The notes: generated by a model not told the origin, from the sequence alone. A stretch of DNA of 64,000 bases from a bacterium (GCA_021816845.1 JAKAWT010000001.1:326087-390086), one strand, 5' to 3'; positions 43,607-53,817 are shown, counted from the first letter of the stretch. Numbers and translations are program-made.

Positions 43607-44338
43607 ATGATAGATAAAATAGATATAGTAAAGCAAATCCCAATTGATAGATTTCCTAGGAATATCCTTATTATTCCTGATGGTAATGGAAGGTGGGCAA
43701 AAGAACATGGGAAAAATGTAACTGTAGGGCATAGGTTAGCAGCAGAGAGGATAAGAGATATACTTGAGGATCTAAAAGATTTAGATCAAATAAATACTAT
43801 CACTTTATGGGCATTCTCATCAGATAATTGGGTAAGAGATAAAAAAGAGATAAGAGGTATAATGATGATTTTAGAATACATGATACATAAATTAGAAAAA
43901 AGATTGATAGAGGAAGAAACAAGATTTATTCATATAGGGAGGAAAGATAGAATCCCAAGTTCATTGCTCAAAACAATAGCACTAACAGAAGAACATACAA
44001 AATCATTTAAAGGCAAGATTTTATCTTTAGCTATAGATTTTGGAGGGGAGGATCAAATTATAAGGATCATTGATAAATCAAGAAATTTAGATAGAAATAT
44101 TGTAATTGAAGGTGCTACTTTTAATGATTTTAAGGATGGGGGAGGATTAATACCTTCATCTGATTTAATAATACGAACATCAGGGGAAAGAAGAATATCA
44201 GATATAGGATGGTTTAATGGGAAATGTACTGAGCTATATTTTGAACCTAAATATTTTCCGGATGTTGGAACATCTGATATACTTGATGCTATATTAGATT
44301 TTTCAAAAAGGGAGAGAAGAATGGGTGGGAGAAAATAA
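43607..44338 (+). CDS. uppS: undecaprenyl (isoprenyl) diphosphate synthase, cis-prenyltransferase
   Basis: The ILIIPDGNGRWAKEHGK segment corresponds to the DGNRRWA motif, and the C-terminal RTSGERRISDIGWFNG segment corresponds to RTSGE.RLSNFLLWQ. Confidence 0.85.
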   Translation: MIDKIDIVKQIPIDRFPRNILIIPDGNGRWAKEHGKNVTVGHRLAAERIRDILEDLKDLDQINTITLWAFSSDNWVRDKKEIRGIMMILEYMIHKLEKRLIEEETRFIHIGRKDRIPSSLLKTIALTEEHTKSFKGKILSLAIDFGGEDQIIRIIDKSRNLDRNIVIEGATFNDFKDGGGLIPSSDLIIRTSGERRISDIGWFNGKCTELYFEPKYFPDVGTSDILDAILDFSKRERRMGGRK

Positions 44339-44751
44339 TGAATTTTTCTCAAACCATGTAGCTATTTCTTTTCTTCCCCATTTATCTGTTTCGATCTGTA
44401 TTATCGTAGTTGCCAAATCTTTTTCCTGCAGTATAAGTATAAATGAGATGCCATTTAATTTAAGAAATAATATTGAAGATACTATAGCAGTACGTTTATT
44501 CCGTCTATAAATGGACGATTGAACATTATTGAACGAAGCAGTGACGATACCTTATCGAATATACTTGGATACAATTCCTTACCTCCAAAAACTGTCTGAG
44601 GCCTTAATACTGCTGATTCTAATAATCCTAAGGTTCTTAGACCATGTGTACCTCCATATCTGTCTATCTGATCTTCATGGATTATTAGAACTTGCTCAAT
44701 AGTTAAAAATACAGTAGGGTTGATATTTATGCCAATTGTTCTAACGCATCT
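44303..44751 (-). pseudogene. doc: Doc/Fic-family toxin gene disrupted by a 1-nt frameshift in the Fic-like motif
   Basis: The minus-strand translation gives ...LTIEQVLIIHEDQIDRYGGTHGLRTLGLLESAVLRPQTVFGGKELYPSIFDKVSSLLRSIMFNRPFIDG, then a stop. Shifting +1 in the run ggaATAAAcg restores DGNKRTAIVSSILFLKLNGISF..., i.e. FIDGNKRTA. There is no in-frame ATG at the N-terminus. Confidence 0.45.
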
Positions 44752-44963
44752 TTATAGTTATTATTGACATCTTCTAATAATTTTAAAAACTTTGGGTTAA
44801 AAGTGGTTTTAGTGGAATTTTCTTTTCTGATTAACAGAGAATTATTTATCAAATCTTCTTCAAGGAATACATATTTCCCTGCATCAAGTTTCATGTTATC
44901 TAATAATACTTTTGGTATTATTACACCTGTTGAATTACCTATACGAACTAACTTTTGTCTCAT
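44727..44963 (-). CDS. AbrB/MazE (SpoVT-AbrB) family antitoxin
   Basis: It has the VRIGNSTGVIIPKVLLDNMKL swapped-hairpin motif, and it is immediately upstream of and overlapping the Doc-like pseudogene. Confidence 0.6.
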   Translation of the reverse strand: MRQKLVRIGNSTGVIIPKVLLDNMKLDAGKYVFLEEDLINNSLLIRKENSTKTTFNPKFLKLLEDVNNNYKDALEQLA

Positions 44964-45004
44964 AGTTATTACATGTTATAACATTTTATCACTATGTCAA
45001 ATCT

Positions 45005-46129
45005 TTATTTTTTAAGTTCTATTATTTTTGAAAAAAATCCGGCGAATATTGTTTGTATTGATAATATAAATAGAGTTAACCCTAAGATTAGATGTCCTGA
45101 GTCAAGTAATGCTCCAAAATGATTTTGACTCCATTTTATATATGTATATATAAAAAGAAGGACACTTATAAAAAGTATAAGCAGTCCAAAAGATAATATC
45201 TTCTCTAATGTAAGTTTCTTAACGAACCTAGTAATCCAGTCTGGTTTTGTAAATTCTTCTATGGAGGAGTATTGTTTTGTTAAAAGTCCAAATATTAATA
45301 TATTATATCCTGTGATTGTTATTATTGATGCAATATATAGGACGTGGTAGTGGAGAACTCTCCCAAATATTTCAAATTGTCCTGGAGCTAGGAGTATAAA
45401 TATTAATACACCAAGTAAGAATAGTAGAAGCCCTGGGTATATGAACATATAATTTGTTCCTTGGGTTAACATAAAAGACAGATGCCTCCAACCATCTTTA
45501 AAGGTATGAAGTTTTGCTTCTGATCCATGCCTTGGATATAAGGTTATTGGAACCTCTGTAATTTTTAACTTAAGTTTTGATGCTTTTATTATCATTTCAG
45601 ATGCAAATTCCATACCTGTTGTTTGGAGATTTAATCTTTTATATGATTCTTGTGTAATTCCTCTCATTCCACATTGTGAATCTGAGATTCTAATATTATA
45701 GAAATGGTTAATTATGAATGTTAGGACCGGAACCCCGATTTTGTGAGATAATGGGGTAGCACCTTTTTCTATCTTTCCTCTCTTGTGTCTATCTCCTATT
45801 ACAAAATCATTACCAGCTTTAAGCTTTCTATAAAATTTAGGGATTTCTAAAAAATCATATGTATCATCTCCATCTCCCATTATCATATATTTACCGGAGG
45901 CTTTATCAAATCCTTTTTTAAGAGCATTTCCATATCCTTTTTCTTTTACCTTTATAACTACTGCACCAGCTTTTTTTGCAATCTCTCGAGATTTATCTGT
46001 TGATCCATTATCAGATACAATTACCTCTCCCTTTATTCTAAGAATTTTTATTGCCTTTAGTGCCTTTTTTACACAGACATTTATAGTTTGTTCTTCATTA
46101 AGGCAGGGTATTATTACAGATAATTCCAT
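45005..46129 (-). CDS. GT2 polyprenol-phosphate sugar synthase-like glycosyltransferase (GtrB/ArnC-like) with C-terminal TM helices
   Basis: The MELSVIIPCLNEEQTI...VSDNGSTD...DGDDTYD segment is a GT-A signature, followed by 4 C-terminal TM segments. Confidence 0.7.
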   Translation of the reverse strand: MELSVIIPCLNEEQTINVCVKKALKAIKILRIKGEVIVSDNGSTDKSREIAKKAGAVVIKVKEKGYGNALKKGFDKASGKYMIMGDGDDTYDFLEIPKFYRKLKAGNDFVIGDRHKRGKIEKGATPLSHKIGVPVLTFIINHFYNIRISDSQCGMRGITQESYKRLNLQTTGMEFASEMIIKASKLKLKITEVPITLYPRHGSEAKLHTFKDGWRHLSFMLTQGTNYMFIYPGLLLFLLGVLIFILLAPGQFEIFGRVLHYHVLYIASIITITGYNILIFGLLTKQYSSIEEFTKPDWITRFVKKLTLEKILSFGLLILFISVLLFIYTYIKWSQNHFGALLDSGHLILGLTLFILSIQTIFAGFFSKIIELKK

Positions 46130-46163
46130 ATTATTTTGTATAAATAATATGTGATTATATCAT

Positions 46164-46817
46164 TTATTGAATAGTTAAGGATACAGTTTGATTATTAGTT
46201 GTATTCTCAAATATGAATTGTCCTCCATCAATATGAGATATGGCATAAGGTGTATTTTCCTGTATGGTTTTTGTATTTACAGCAAATGGAGGAGCTAATC
46301 TTACTGCAACATCAACATTTCCAGTTTTTGGATTAGTGTCTACCTCAAGATTAGATGTATATATTGGAACGTTTGTTCCTGTAATTGCACTAACTGTTTT
46401 TTCCCCTTTTTGTTGAAAGAAATTAGCATCAGAACTACCTTTTGGAAGTTGTATTACGATTGTTGGAGCAACAGGATTTGCAGTATTTGGTATCACTACA
46501 GCTTCTCCAGGCTTTAATCCATTGTTCAATACTTGTTGATAAGATACTCTTTGGACTGTATTTGGTTTGGGTTCCTGTACAGCTTCTGCAACTACACCGG
46601 CTGCTATAAGACCTGCAAGGCCCAACATTATCAATTTTGTTGTACTGGTTTTTTGTGGATTAGATTTTTTTCTCCTATTATTATGAATACTATCTGCTCT
46701 AGAATTATATTCTATATGTGATCTATGATGTACTCTTTGTGTAGTAGCATGACGATCATGATCGAAACCATAAATTCTTTGAAGTTCTTTTGCCGTTTTA
46801 GGTTCTCTTTCATCCAT
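46164..46817 (-). CDS. hypothetical membrane-anchored protein
   Basis: It has an internal TM anchor (LIMLGLAGLIAAGVVA) followed by an extracytoplasmic domain. Confidence 0.4.
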   Translation of the reverse strand: MDEREPKTAKELQRIYGFDHDRHATTQRVHHRSHIEYNSRADSIHNNRRKKSNPQKTSTTKLIMLGLAGLIAAGVVAEAVQEPKPNTVQRVSYQQVLNNGLKPGEAVVIPNTANPVAPTIVIQLPKGSSDANFFQQKGEKTVSAITGTNVPIYTSNLEVDTNPKTGNVDVAVRLAPPFAVNTKTIQENTPYAISHIDGGQFIFENTTNNQTVSLTIQ

Positions 46818-46957
46818 AAAAGTATATAAATAATATTAATAAAAAATATTATTACATAACTTATAGTTTTTGTCAACAAGTTATAAATATCAATGATATA
46901 ATGTTGATTTAGTAGTATAATTTGAGTATATATGTTTTTAAGGATAATTATATAATT

Positions 46958-47101
46958 ATGCCTATAGACTTGAGTAATATGGATACAGTTATTAGTGTAA
47001 GAGTAAATAAAGAGGTTAAAGAATATGCAAAAGAAGTCGCTAATTCTGCTGGGCTTACTCTAAGTTCTGTCTATACTCTTTCTGAGAACTATTATAAGTA
47101 A
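46958..47101 (+). CDS. possible small ribbon-helix-helix (RelB/DinJ-like) antitoxin-type ORF, orphan
   Basis: The 47-aa product MPIDLSNMDTVISVRVNKEVKEYAKEVANSAGLTLSSVYTLSENYYK follows the RHH pattern (ISVRVdkElk..a...A...G.slS). Its 3' end overlaps the convergent 47060-49690 gene. It may be spurious. Confidence 0.3.
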   Translation: MPIDLSNMDTVISVRVNKEVKEYAKEVANSAGLTLSSVYTLSENYYK

Positions 47102-49690
47102 TAAGATAATAATTCCAACCAGAGATAATACAATTGCAATATTTACACTTTGTGGTTCGTAGGTTAGAACTATTTTATTTGATCCTTTTTTTATATATAT
47201 TCCATCAAAGATTCCGTTTGATCTATACAATGATATATTTTCCAAATTGTCATATGCTTTAAATCCTGGATAGAACAGTTCGTTTATTATTAAAAAAGAA
47301 TCATTATTTGTTTTTGCAGTGAATGATAGGGAGTTACCTATAATTTTATAATTTGTAATCTTTACATTAGAGTTATCATTAATATATTTAATAGGAGCAT
47401 TTGTTATAGCTTCGTTTGGTATATTTAGATTTTTCATCATATTAATCTCTACTTTTTCTGACACTCCCTTCTTAAATATCACTCTCCCTGGTGCATAGAC
47501 AATAGGGACTGGATTTTTTAGCTTGTATACTATAAATGGTGGAAGATATATTGAAAAAAGATTTTTCTGTAATACTAGGTTCTTAAATTTTTTATACTCC
47601 TGTTTACTCTCTATATATTTTGATATTATATTCCTTATGTTATTTTTTATGTTTATATGATATTCAGCTATGATAGTAGAAAAATTAACATCAAGATTAT
47701 ATAAAGTTTCTAGATTTTTACTTGATAACATATTTTCCTTTCTAAGATATGATGTTGCCAATTTATAAAATTTAATTTGGTTTGAACTTAGTATCTTCGT
47801 TCCTTCAAGGTTGGTACCATTTTTTACAATTACATATTTTACTGATGCTGTCTCTAGCCATTTAATACTCTTATTTGTTATATTATTTGGGAAGAAAAAT
47901 ATTATTAGCTCATTCTTCCCTATGTTGTTGTTGTATCGTATGTAACTATTGGGTGTTACAGGATCATATGATGCATATTCATTAAATGAAGATAGATCAT
48001 TAGTTTGTGGTGCAGCGTACATCCCTGTTGGAAGCACCCTATATTCTGTTGCCTTTTTAAAGATACTTATATAGCTATTTTCTGGGGATAAATATTTTTG
48101 ATTTGATATATTTATATATGTCCAATAGTTCTCAAAGTATGTAAAAAGAGGAAAAAGAGCGAATATCCCTATAACAGTAATGACAAATAAAGAAGTAAGA
48201 GATTCTCTTTTAATCATTTTCAAAAAATATATAACGAAAGTTGATATTGTTATCATCAATATAAATAAAAGTCCCTCATGTAGTATTGATGATCGTGCGG
48301 ATATTTCTATATAGGTTAGCTGTATTTTTGAGAAAGAATACAATATTAAAATGTCTAGAAGGGCAATAATAACTGTAAATACTAAGGTGTATTTAAGGAG
48401 AATTTTGTAATTTCTATTCCTTATTAGATAATATATAGAATCAAGTCCTATAAATATTAAAATTCCATATAATATAGGAATTACTCCATCTATTCTATGG
48501 TGCAACGTATCTTCAAGTAGAGGTAGTTTAAATATGAGATTGAAGATTGGTGCGTTTATTAATATACCTGTGATAATAAATATAAGTCCTAAGATAAAAA
48601 AAGCATTTACTCTTGTTTTCTTCCTTAAAAATGCAAATATACCTATAAAAAATGCTGGTAATCCTATATAAAACGATGTCTCATTAAAGTTTGATGCCAT
48701 CAATCCCAGTGCCCCTGGTATATTAACTGATTGAGGTGGACCAAATATTCCAGGGTATATAAATTTTAATAAATATACTGGATCAATAGAATCATATATT
48801 TTTGATGATGCTCCGGATCTAGCTATATAATAGAAAGAGCGTAGTAAGTCTACTATTGCAGGGTAAGTTTGTATTGCTGATATTAAGAATCCTAATAATG
48901 CTGAGATAAGAAGGTATAGTAACACCTTGATTTGTATTCTATGTTGATCCCCTGGATCTTGATCCTGTGAATCTAGATACTTTATCATTACAAAAAAAAG
49001 GTAGAGTATAACAGGTACTAGTAATATAAGAGACATTTCTATGGTTCCAGCAAGTAATTCCATAGCACAAATTAAGGATCCAAAAATTATAATTTTAGAT
49101 GGAGATAGTCTATTTTTATGAGAAAATGATTTTTCAAGAAGCCAGAAGATATATGGAAGCATTACTATTGCTGAAGACAGGGGCCAATAAAGCCATAAGG
49201 ATACGAATCCATTAAAAGCAAGGATTAAAGATCCTATTATCCTTACCGATGATTTTTTACTATACACTGATGCAAGAAGATACCCTCCAAATGCAAATAC
49301 TAAGATTTTTAAAAATACTTCTATTTGTAGTGCTAAAGCAACACTGAAAATAAAGAAGAAGGGGAGTATTAGTGGATAGAAAGCTTGAGATTGGTCGTTT
49401 CCAAGAAGTGGTAATCCTGCAAGATTATGGAATTGCCAGAGAGGCAGTGTAAAATTTTTAAAATCATTAGATACTTCATATGCCCAAGGAAATGTATTTA
49501 GTAATACATCCTCATAATTTACTGTTTTAATGCTTATAGAACTTGTTACATTATGGTACAAAGGCATTATTTTGTATGCATATTTAGGAAACATTACCTT
49601 TGAGAGTAAAACAGGGTAGAAAAATAATACTATGACTGCGAATATTATTATAAGATCACGAATAATATTCTTTTTTCTTGGTTTGTTCAT
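47060..49690 (-). CDS. large polytopic membrane protein, YfhO/GT-C-like putative glycosyltransferase
   Basis: It is 876 aa with many N-terminal TM helices and a large C-terminal domain, and it sits next to a GtrB-like GT2. It contains the in-frame mini-repeat encoding DSQDQDPGDQHRIQ. Confidence 0.45.
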   Translation of the reverse strand: MNKPRKKNIIRDLIIIFAVIVLFFYPVLLSKVMFPKYAYKIMPLYHNVTSSISIKTVNYEDVLLNTFPWAYEVSNDFKNFTLPLWQFHNLAGLPLLGNDQSQAFYPLILPFFFIFSVALALQIEVFLKILVFAFGGYLLASVYSKKSSVRIIGSLILAFNGFVSLWLYWPLSSAIVMLPYIFWLLEKSFSHKNRLSPSKIIIFGSLICAMELLAGTIEMSLILLVPVILYLFFVMIKYLDSQDQDPGDQHRIQIKVLLYLLISALLGFLISAIQTYPAIVDLLRSFYYIARSGASSKIYDSIDPVYLLKFIYPGIFGPPQSVNIPGALGLMASNFNETSFYIGLPAFFIGIFAFLRKKTRVNAFFILGLIFIITGILINAPIFNLIFKLPLLEDTLHHRIDGVIPILYGILIFIGLDSIYYLIRNRNYKILLKYTLVFTVIIALLDILILYSFSKIQLTYIEISARSSILHEGLLFILMITISTFVIYFLKMIKRESLTSLFVITVIGIFALFPLFTYFENYWTYINISNQKYLSPENSYISIFKKATEYRVLPTGMYAAPQTNDLSSFNEYASYDPVTPNSYIRYNNNIGKNELIIFFFPNNITNKSIKWLETASVKYVIVKNGTNLEGTKILSSNQIKFYKLATSYLRKENMLSSKNLETLYNLDVNFSTIIAEYHINIKNNIRNIISKYIESKQEYKKFKNLVLQKNLFSIYLPPFIVYKLKNPVPIVYAPGRVIFKKGVSEKVEINMMKNLNIPNEAITNAPIKYINDNSNVKITNYKIIGNSLSFTAKTNNDSFLIINELFYPGFKAYDNLENISLYRSNGIFDGIYIKKGSNKIVLTYEPQSVNIAIVLSLVGIIILLLIIVLRKSIDRT
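48942..48980. repeat. palindromic mini-repeat (GATCC cct GGATCttGATCC tgt GAATCtaGATAC) in frame inside the YfhO-like gene
   Basis: Read directly from the sequence. Confidence 0.8.
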
Positions 49691-49810
49691 AAACTATATT
49701 ATACAATAGCCCTAATATTATTGGTTAACACTATTTATGGGAATTACAGTAAGATAATTCAATGATTTCTTTATCTTGTAGATAAAAATAACTTCCCTAG
49801 AAGATTACTT

Positions 49811-51955
49811 TTGAATCTGTTCTTTTGGGTAAAAATAAACTATGATTTAATCTATATGATTAAACAATCTAAATTTGTGTTTTTAAATATTGTTTTTCTT
49901 CTTCTAATATTTTTATATATTTTATTATTTTTTGGAGTTTCTTCATCACTGATCTTTTTTCTCATTTTTATAATTATATGTTTATTCATATACATGGAAG
50001 ATGGAAGTATAAAAGATAGAATATTAAATTTTATACGTTTATATATAGAGAGTATATATAAATACAGTGGAGTAACTCTCATACCAATACTCTTTTTTAT
50101 TGCATACTCATTACATCCTCTTTATTTTCTTTTATACACTATATCCTTAATATTATTGATTATATTTCTAATTCTATCTTTCTTTCGTTCTCGTGTAGTA
50201 GGAGGGGAGAGTATAAGGTTTGGTAACGTAAAAGAAGAGAGTTCGGAGGAGTTTTTTTTAAGATTATCCATGTATGAACCATTTTCAATGCAGATTGAAA
50301 GGAGTTCTGATAAAGTCTTTGGAACATTACTAGTTTCAAAATCTAAATATCAGTTTGTTTTAGATTTATTACATTCATATTATCCAAATTTAAGCTTCCT
50401 TGGATCTGGTTCCTCTGAAACCAGTTATGTTGAAACTAATTCTCTTGAGCATAAACCACTTAAAAAATATTTCAGAGTAAAAAGTAGAATGTTAGTTGAT
50501 ACAAGTAAGGAAAGTTTTAGTAAGGTTATACCTATTTTATATGAAGAAAAAGATTTTAGAATAAGTTTTAATGTAATTAATCCTCTTATGTTGTCAGAAT
50601 CTTCTTTTGGGTATCTTGAAATTGAATCTGACGATGCTATTTTGATTGAAAGGATAAGGGCAATATATAAGATAGGGATTCCGCATCTAATTATTCAAAA
50701 TAAGGATATAGGCAATGTAATGAATTTTATAAAGGATAGAGAATATAGGAAAGATATGGAGAAAGAAACAATATCAATAATGCCCGATCAATCTTTTTTT
50801 AAACCTTCAGGATCTTTGCTTGGGTATTATAAAGATATATCAAGAGGTGTATTAAAAGAGGTATATATATCAGATGAAATGAGATTAAATCATTCATACA
50901 CTATTGGAAAGACAGGTGTTGGAAAATCTACTTTTCTTGTGAATTTAATACTTCAGGATATATATAAAGGTCACTCTGTCATAGTTCTAGATCCACATGA
51001 TCTTATTGATAGAATATTTAAATTTTACCCAAGTAATAAAAAAAATGATTTATACTTAATTGATTTTAAAAATCTAAAATATTCATTTAATCCTCTCTTA
51101 AATTTAAATAATATTGATATTTCTTTATTAGTTGATAGTATTGTTTCCGTATTCCATAATTTATATAAGGATTTCTGGGGACCTCAGAGTGAGGATATCC
51201 TACGTAGATCCTTATATGCATTAATTTTATATAACGATTCTAATAAATTTGGTGAGAAAGTGAATGTGAATTATTCTATATTAGATATAGAGGAGTTTTT
51301 AACAGATGAACACTTTAGGTTACAAGTACTCCAAAGGATAGAAGATGTAGAAGTTAAATATTATTTTGATACCATATATAAAAGTTGGGATCAAAGGTCA
51401 AGGAATGAGAAGATAGCACCAATTTTGAATAAAATAGGAAGAATAAAATCTGATAGAATTCTTAGAGAATTTTTATCAGGACCCTCTGAACAGTTGAATT
51501 TTAAAAAAGCTATGTTACAAGAGAAAGTTATACTGTTTGATCTTAAAAAGAGTGTTATGGGTGATGAAAATTCTAAGTTTTTAGGCTCATTACTTGTATC
51601 TCAAATACAAAATGAGATCATTATAAAGAATGGAGGACCAGAAGTATATTTATATATAGATGAATTTCAGAACTTTGTATCGGATAGTTTTTTATTCTTC
51701 TTCTCAGAAAGTAGGAAATTTAAAGTTTCTCTCAATATATCTAATCAGTACTTAACTCAAATCCCACAGGCTATAGCTGATGCTGTAATAGAGAATTCAG
51801 GAATATTCTATATATTTAAACAAGGAGAGAAATCGAGAGTGAAATTGTCTAAATATTTTAATTTTGAGATAGAAGATTTACCAAAATATTGTCTGTATGT
51901 CAAAATTTTAGATAATAATATTTTTACAATATCATCCAATGGAAAATATCAATAA
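49811..51955 (+). CDS. membrane-anchored P-loop ATPase, type IV coupling protein (VirD4/TraG) or FtsK/TraB-like
   Basis: It has N-terminal TM helices, a Walker A (TIGKTGVGKSTFL) followed by VIVLDPHD (DPKG-like), and a Walker B (LYIDEFQNF). It also contains a mini-repeat (50402-50428) encoding LGSGSSETS. Confidence 0.5.
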   Translation: MNLFFWVKINYDLIYMIKQSKFVFLNIVFLLLIFLYILLFFGVSSSLIFFLIFIIICLFIYMEDGSIKDRILNFIRLYIESIYKYSGVTLIPILFFIAYSLHPLYFLLYTISLILLIIFLILSFFRSRVVGGESIRFGNVKEESSEEFFLRLSMYEPFSMQIERSSDKVFGTLLVSKSKYQFVLDLLHSYYPNLSFLGSGSSETSYVETNSLEHKPLKKYFRVKSRMLVDTSKESFSKVIPILYEEKDFRISFNVINPLMLSESSFGYLEIESDDAILIERIRAIYKIGIPHLIIQNKDIGNVMNFIKDREYRKDMEKETISIMPDQSFFKPSGSLLGYYKDISRGVLKEVYISDEMRLNHSYTIGKTGVGKSTFLVNLILQDIYKGHSVIVLDPHDLIDRIFKFYPSNKKNDLYLIDFKNLKYSFNPLLNLNNIDISLLVDSIVSVFHNLYKDFWGPQSEDILRRSLYALILYNDSNKFGEKVNVNYSILDIEEFLTDEHFRLQVLQRIEDVEVKYYFDTIYKSWDQRSRNEKIAPILNKIGRIKSDRILREFLSGPSEQLNFKKAMLQEKVILFDLKKSVMGDENSKFLGSLLVSQIQNEIIIKNGGPEVYLYIDEFQNFVSDSFLFFFSESRKFKVSLNISNQYLTQIPQAIADAVIENSGIFYIFKQGEKSRVKLSKYFNFEIEDLPKYCLYVKILDNNIFTISSNGKYQ
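50402..50428. repeat. palindromic mini-repeat copy (GGATCtgGTTCC tct GAAACcaGTTat) in frame inside the ATPase gene
   Basis: Read directly from the sequence. Confidence 0.6.
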
Positions 51956-52733
51956 GAATGACATTGTACTTGGATTGGTTCCAAGGGGACTGGTCCCAAT
52001 GGGACTGGCCCCAAAGATACTCAATTTTATAGACCAACATCCATTCGTATCGTCTTTGGATATTGCAACTTTTTTTTCTTTGGATATTAGGAGAGTTAGA
52101 AGTATAGTATCCAAACTTCAGAAAGAAAATTTTTTAGATTTTATTACAAAACCAGTATTTTTCATAAATAGTAATGTGAGGTATTTTTATACTACAAAAA
52201 AAGGTCATTTGATTGTGGGATCTGGTAGATCTGGATCTAAGGATAGATATATAAAGGCTGATAAAGATATTATAAATTTATATCTTGATCATAATGTAGA
52301 ATCCAACAAATTTTTTATTAGATTAAAAAAATATTCCATAGATAATAATTTAAATTTTGAGGATTGGGTGTCAGATTTAAATTTGATATTTAAATTTAAA
52401 TATAACAATAGATCATATACTCTAAAACCAGATGGTTTTTGTATACTTGGTAAGGATAATATATTTTTGGAACTTGATATGGCCACAGAGAGTTCTTTCC
52501 GTATATTTGAAAAGATAGATAGCTATTCTGCTTTTTATCTATCATATGAATATCTAAAATATTTTAAGAAAAATCCTTTTGTTATATTTTTAACTCCAAA
52601 TAAATACAGAGAGAAATTCTTGAAAGATAAAGTATCATATTTTATGGATACAAAGAAATACAAGAAAGAATTAAATTTTTTTAAATTTATAAACTTTAAA
52701 GATTTTCATCAAGATCCATCTATAGTATTATAA
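51939..52733 (+). CDS. replication-relaxation (Replic_Relax)-like winged-helix protein
   Basis: It has an N-terminal wHTH-like region (LNFIDQHPFVSSLDIATFFSLDIRRVRSIVSKL), then YTLKPDGFCILGKDNIFLELDMATES (PDa ... f.lE.D.gTE pattern). Mini-repeats occur at 51972-52012 and 52216-52240. The true start may be M21 at 51999. Confidence 0.45.
   Translation: MENINKNDIVLGLVPRGLVPMGLAPKILNFIDQHPFVSSLDIATFFSLDIRRVRSIVSKLQKENFLDFITKPVFFINSNVRYFYTTKKGHLIVGSGRSGSKDRYIKADKDIINLYLDHNVESNKFFIRLKKYSIDNNLNFEDWVSDLNLIFKFKYNNRSYTLKPDGFCILGKDNIFLELDMATESSFRIFEKIDSYSAFYLSYEYLKYFKKNPFVIFLTPNKYREKFLKDKVSYFMDTKKYKKELNFFKFINFKDFHQDPSIVL
51972..52012. repeat. palindromic mini-repeat variant (GGATTggTTCC aag GGGACtgGTCCC aat GGGACtgGCCCC) at the junction of the ATPase and Replic_Relax genes
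   Basis: Read directly from the sequence. It encodes LVPRGLVPMGLAP in the annotated frame. Confidence 0.75.
52216..52240. repeat. palindromic mini-repeat copy (GGGATCtgGTAGATCtgGATCTA) in frame
   Basis: Read directly from the sequence. It encodes GSGRSGSK. Confidence 0.65.
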
Positions 52734-52747
52734 TATCAGATCTTTTT

Positions 52748-53815
52748 GTGGTAAAATACGAATTTGTTATGCAAGAGGCTTTATTTTTTGAAAAAGAAGA
52801 CACTCCTATAGAGGTAGTTCCTAGTAAGGAATCATCTTTAAGATTTTTCCATTACCAAGGGTTAGAAGAAGGTACATTAGAGTATCAAGAAGCCTTGGAT
52901 ATAGAGAGTATGATACTAGGAGGTATTGATACAATATCCATGTTTGAGATGTATGTAGAACGTCTAAATATTTTATCTAGAGATAAGAAATATTCTGGTA
53001 TTAGAAGCATAGAAGATTTAAAAAAATATGAAAAGATATCCCCTGCATATAGAGATCTACGTTTACTTATACAGGAATATTTTGGAGATTTTGTACCAGA
53101 TTATTTTAGAAGTAGGATAGATAGAGATTATAAGCAGAAAACTAGCTCATTCAGGAGTTCGTCATATTTTGTATCTACAAACCCAGAAGATGAGGTTTTT
53201 ACTCATAGATTTGAAATAGAGGCTCATACACAATTTATGCAGGAAGGATATAACAAAGTATCTCCTTCAAGACTTAGGGTGAGGGTGGCAAGAATACAAA
53301 AAGAAGGGGATCATTTTAAAAATATAGATTTTGCAGGTATAAGGATGGATATATTATCTATAGCTCCTGATAGACACCTTCTGGTTTATGATCTTGAATA
53401 TGATTATGGTGATTCTAAAGATAATGGAGTTGGCAAGATTTTTAGTTGTGTTTCTGATATTCTAATATCTTATTACAATGGAGATATAGATGTAAATGTT
53501 GCTGATTTCACTACAGGCATATTTCAACTCCAAATCAATATAGCCGAAGAAATGACTGGGTTCAAGTTTAGTAAGGATCCAATTGTCATACTAAACTATA
53601 TAAAAAATAATAGTAAGTATCATATAGATACTAATAAACGATATCCATTACAATCAAATTCTTCATATAGAATACTGTTCTCCCATATGGATGATGTAGA
53701 ACTTAGGATTATTTCAGAGAAGCAAAGGTTACATATTGATGGAAAAAGGTCTAAAATAAAGAGAGATAGATCCAAATCAAGAAGGACTAGGCCTCTATGG
53801 GATGATGATGAATAA
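52748..53815 (+). CDS. hypothetical protein with a basic C-terminal tail (KRSKIKRDRSKSRRTRP)
   Basis: This is the third gene of the ATPase/Replic_Relax module. No catalytic motif was recognised. Confidence 0.4.
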   Translation: MVKYEFVMQEALFFEKEDTPIEVVPSKESSLRFFHYQGLEEGTLEYQEALDIESMILGGIDTISMFEMYVERLNILSRDKKYSGIRSIEDLKKYEKISPAYRDLRLLIQEYFGDFVPDYFRSRIDRDYKQKTSSFRSSSYFVSTNPEDEVFTHRFEIEAHTQFMQEGYNKVSPSRLRVRVARIQKEGDHFKNIDFAGIRMDILSIAPDRHLLVYDLEYDYGDSKDNGVGKIFSCVSDILISYYNGDIDVNVADFTTGIFQLQINIAEEMTGFKFSKDPIVILNYIKNNSKYHIDTNKRYPLQSNSSYRILFSHMDDVELRIISEKQRLHIDGKRSKIKRDRSKSRRTRPLWDDDE

Positions 53816-53817
53816 TT

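Noticed and set aside
44325-44510. 61-aa plus-strand ORF after uppS
   Set aside because: It lies antisense to the much better supported Doc-like reading frame, so it is likely spurious.
51972-52012. LVPRGL motif as a thrombin-like protease cleavage site
   Set aside because: It is simply the translation of the palindromic GGGACtgGTCCC repeat units in one frame, a coincidence of the repeat.
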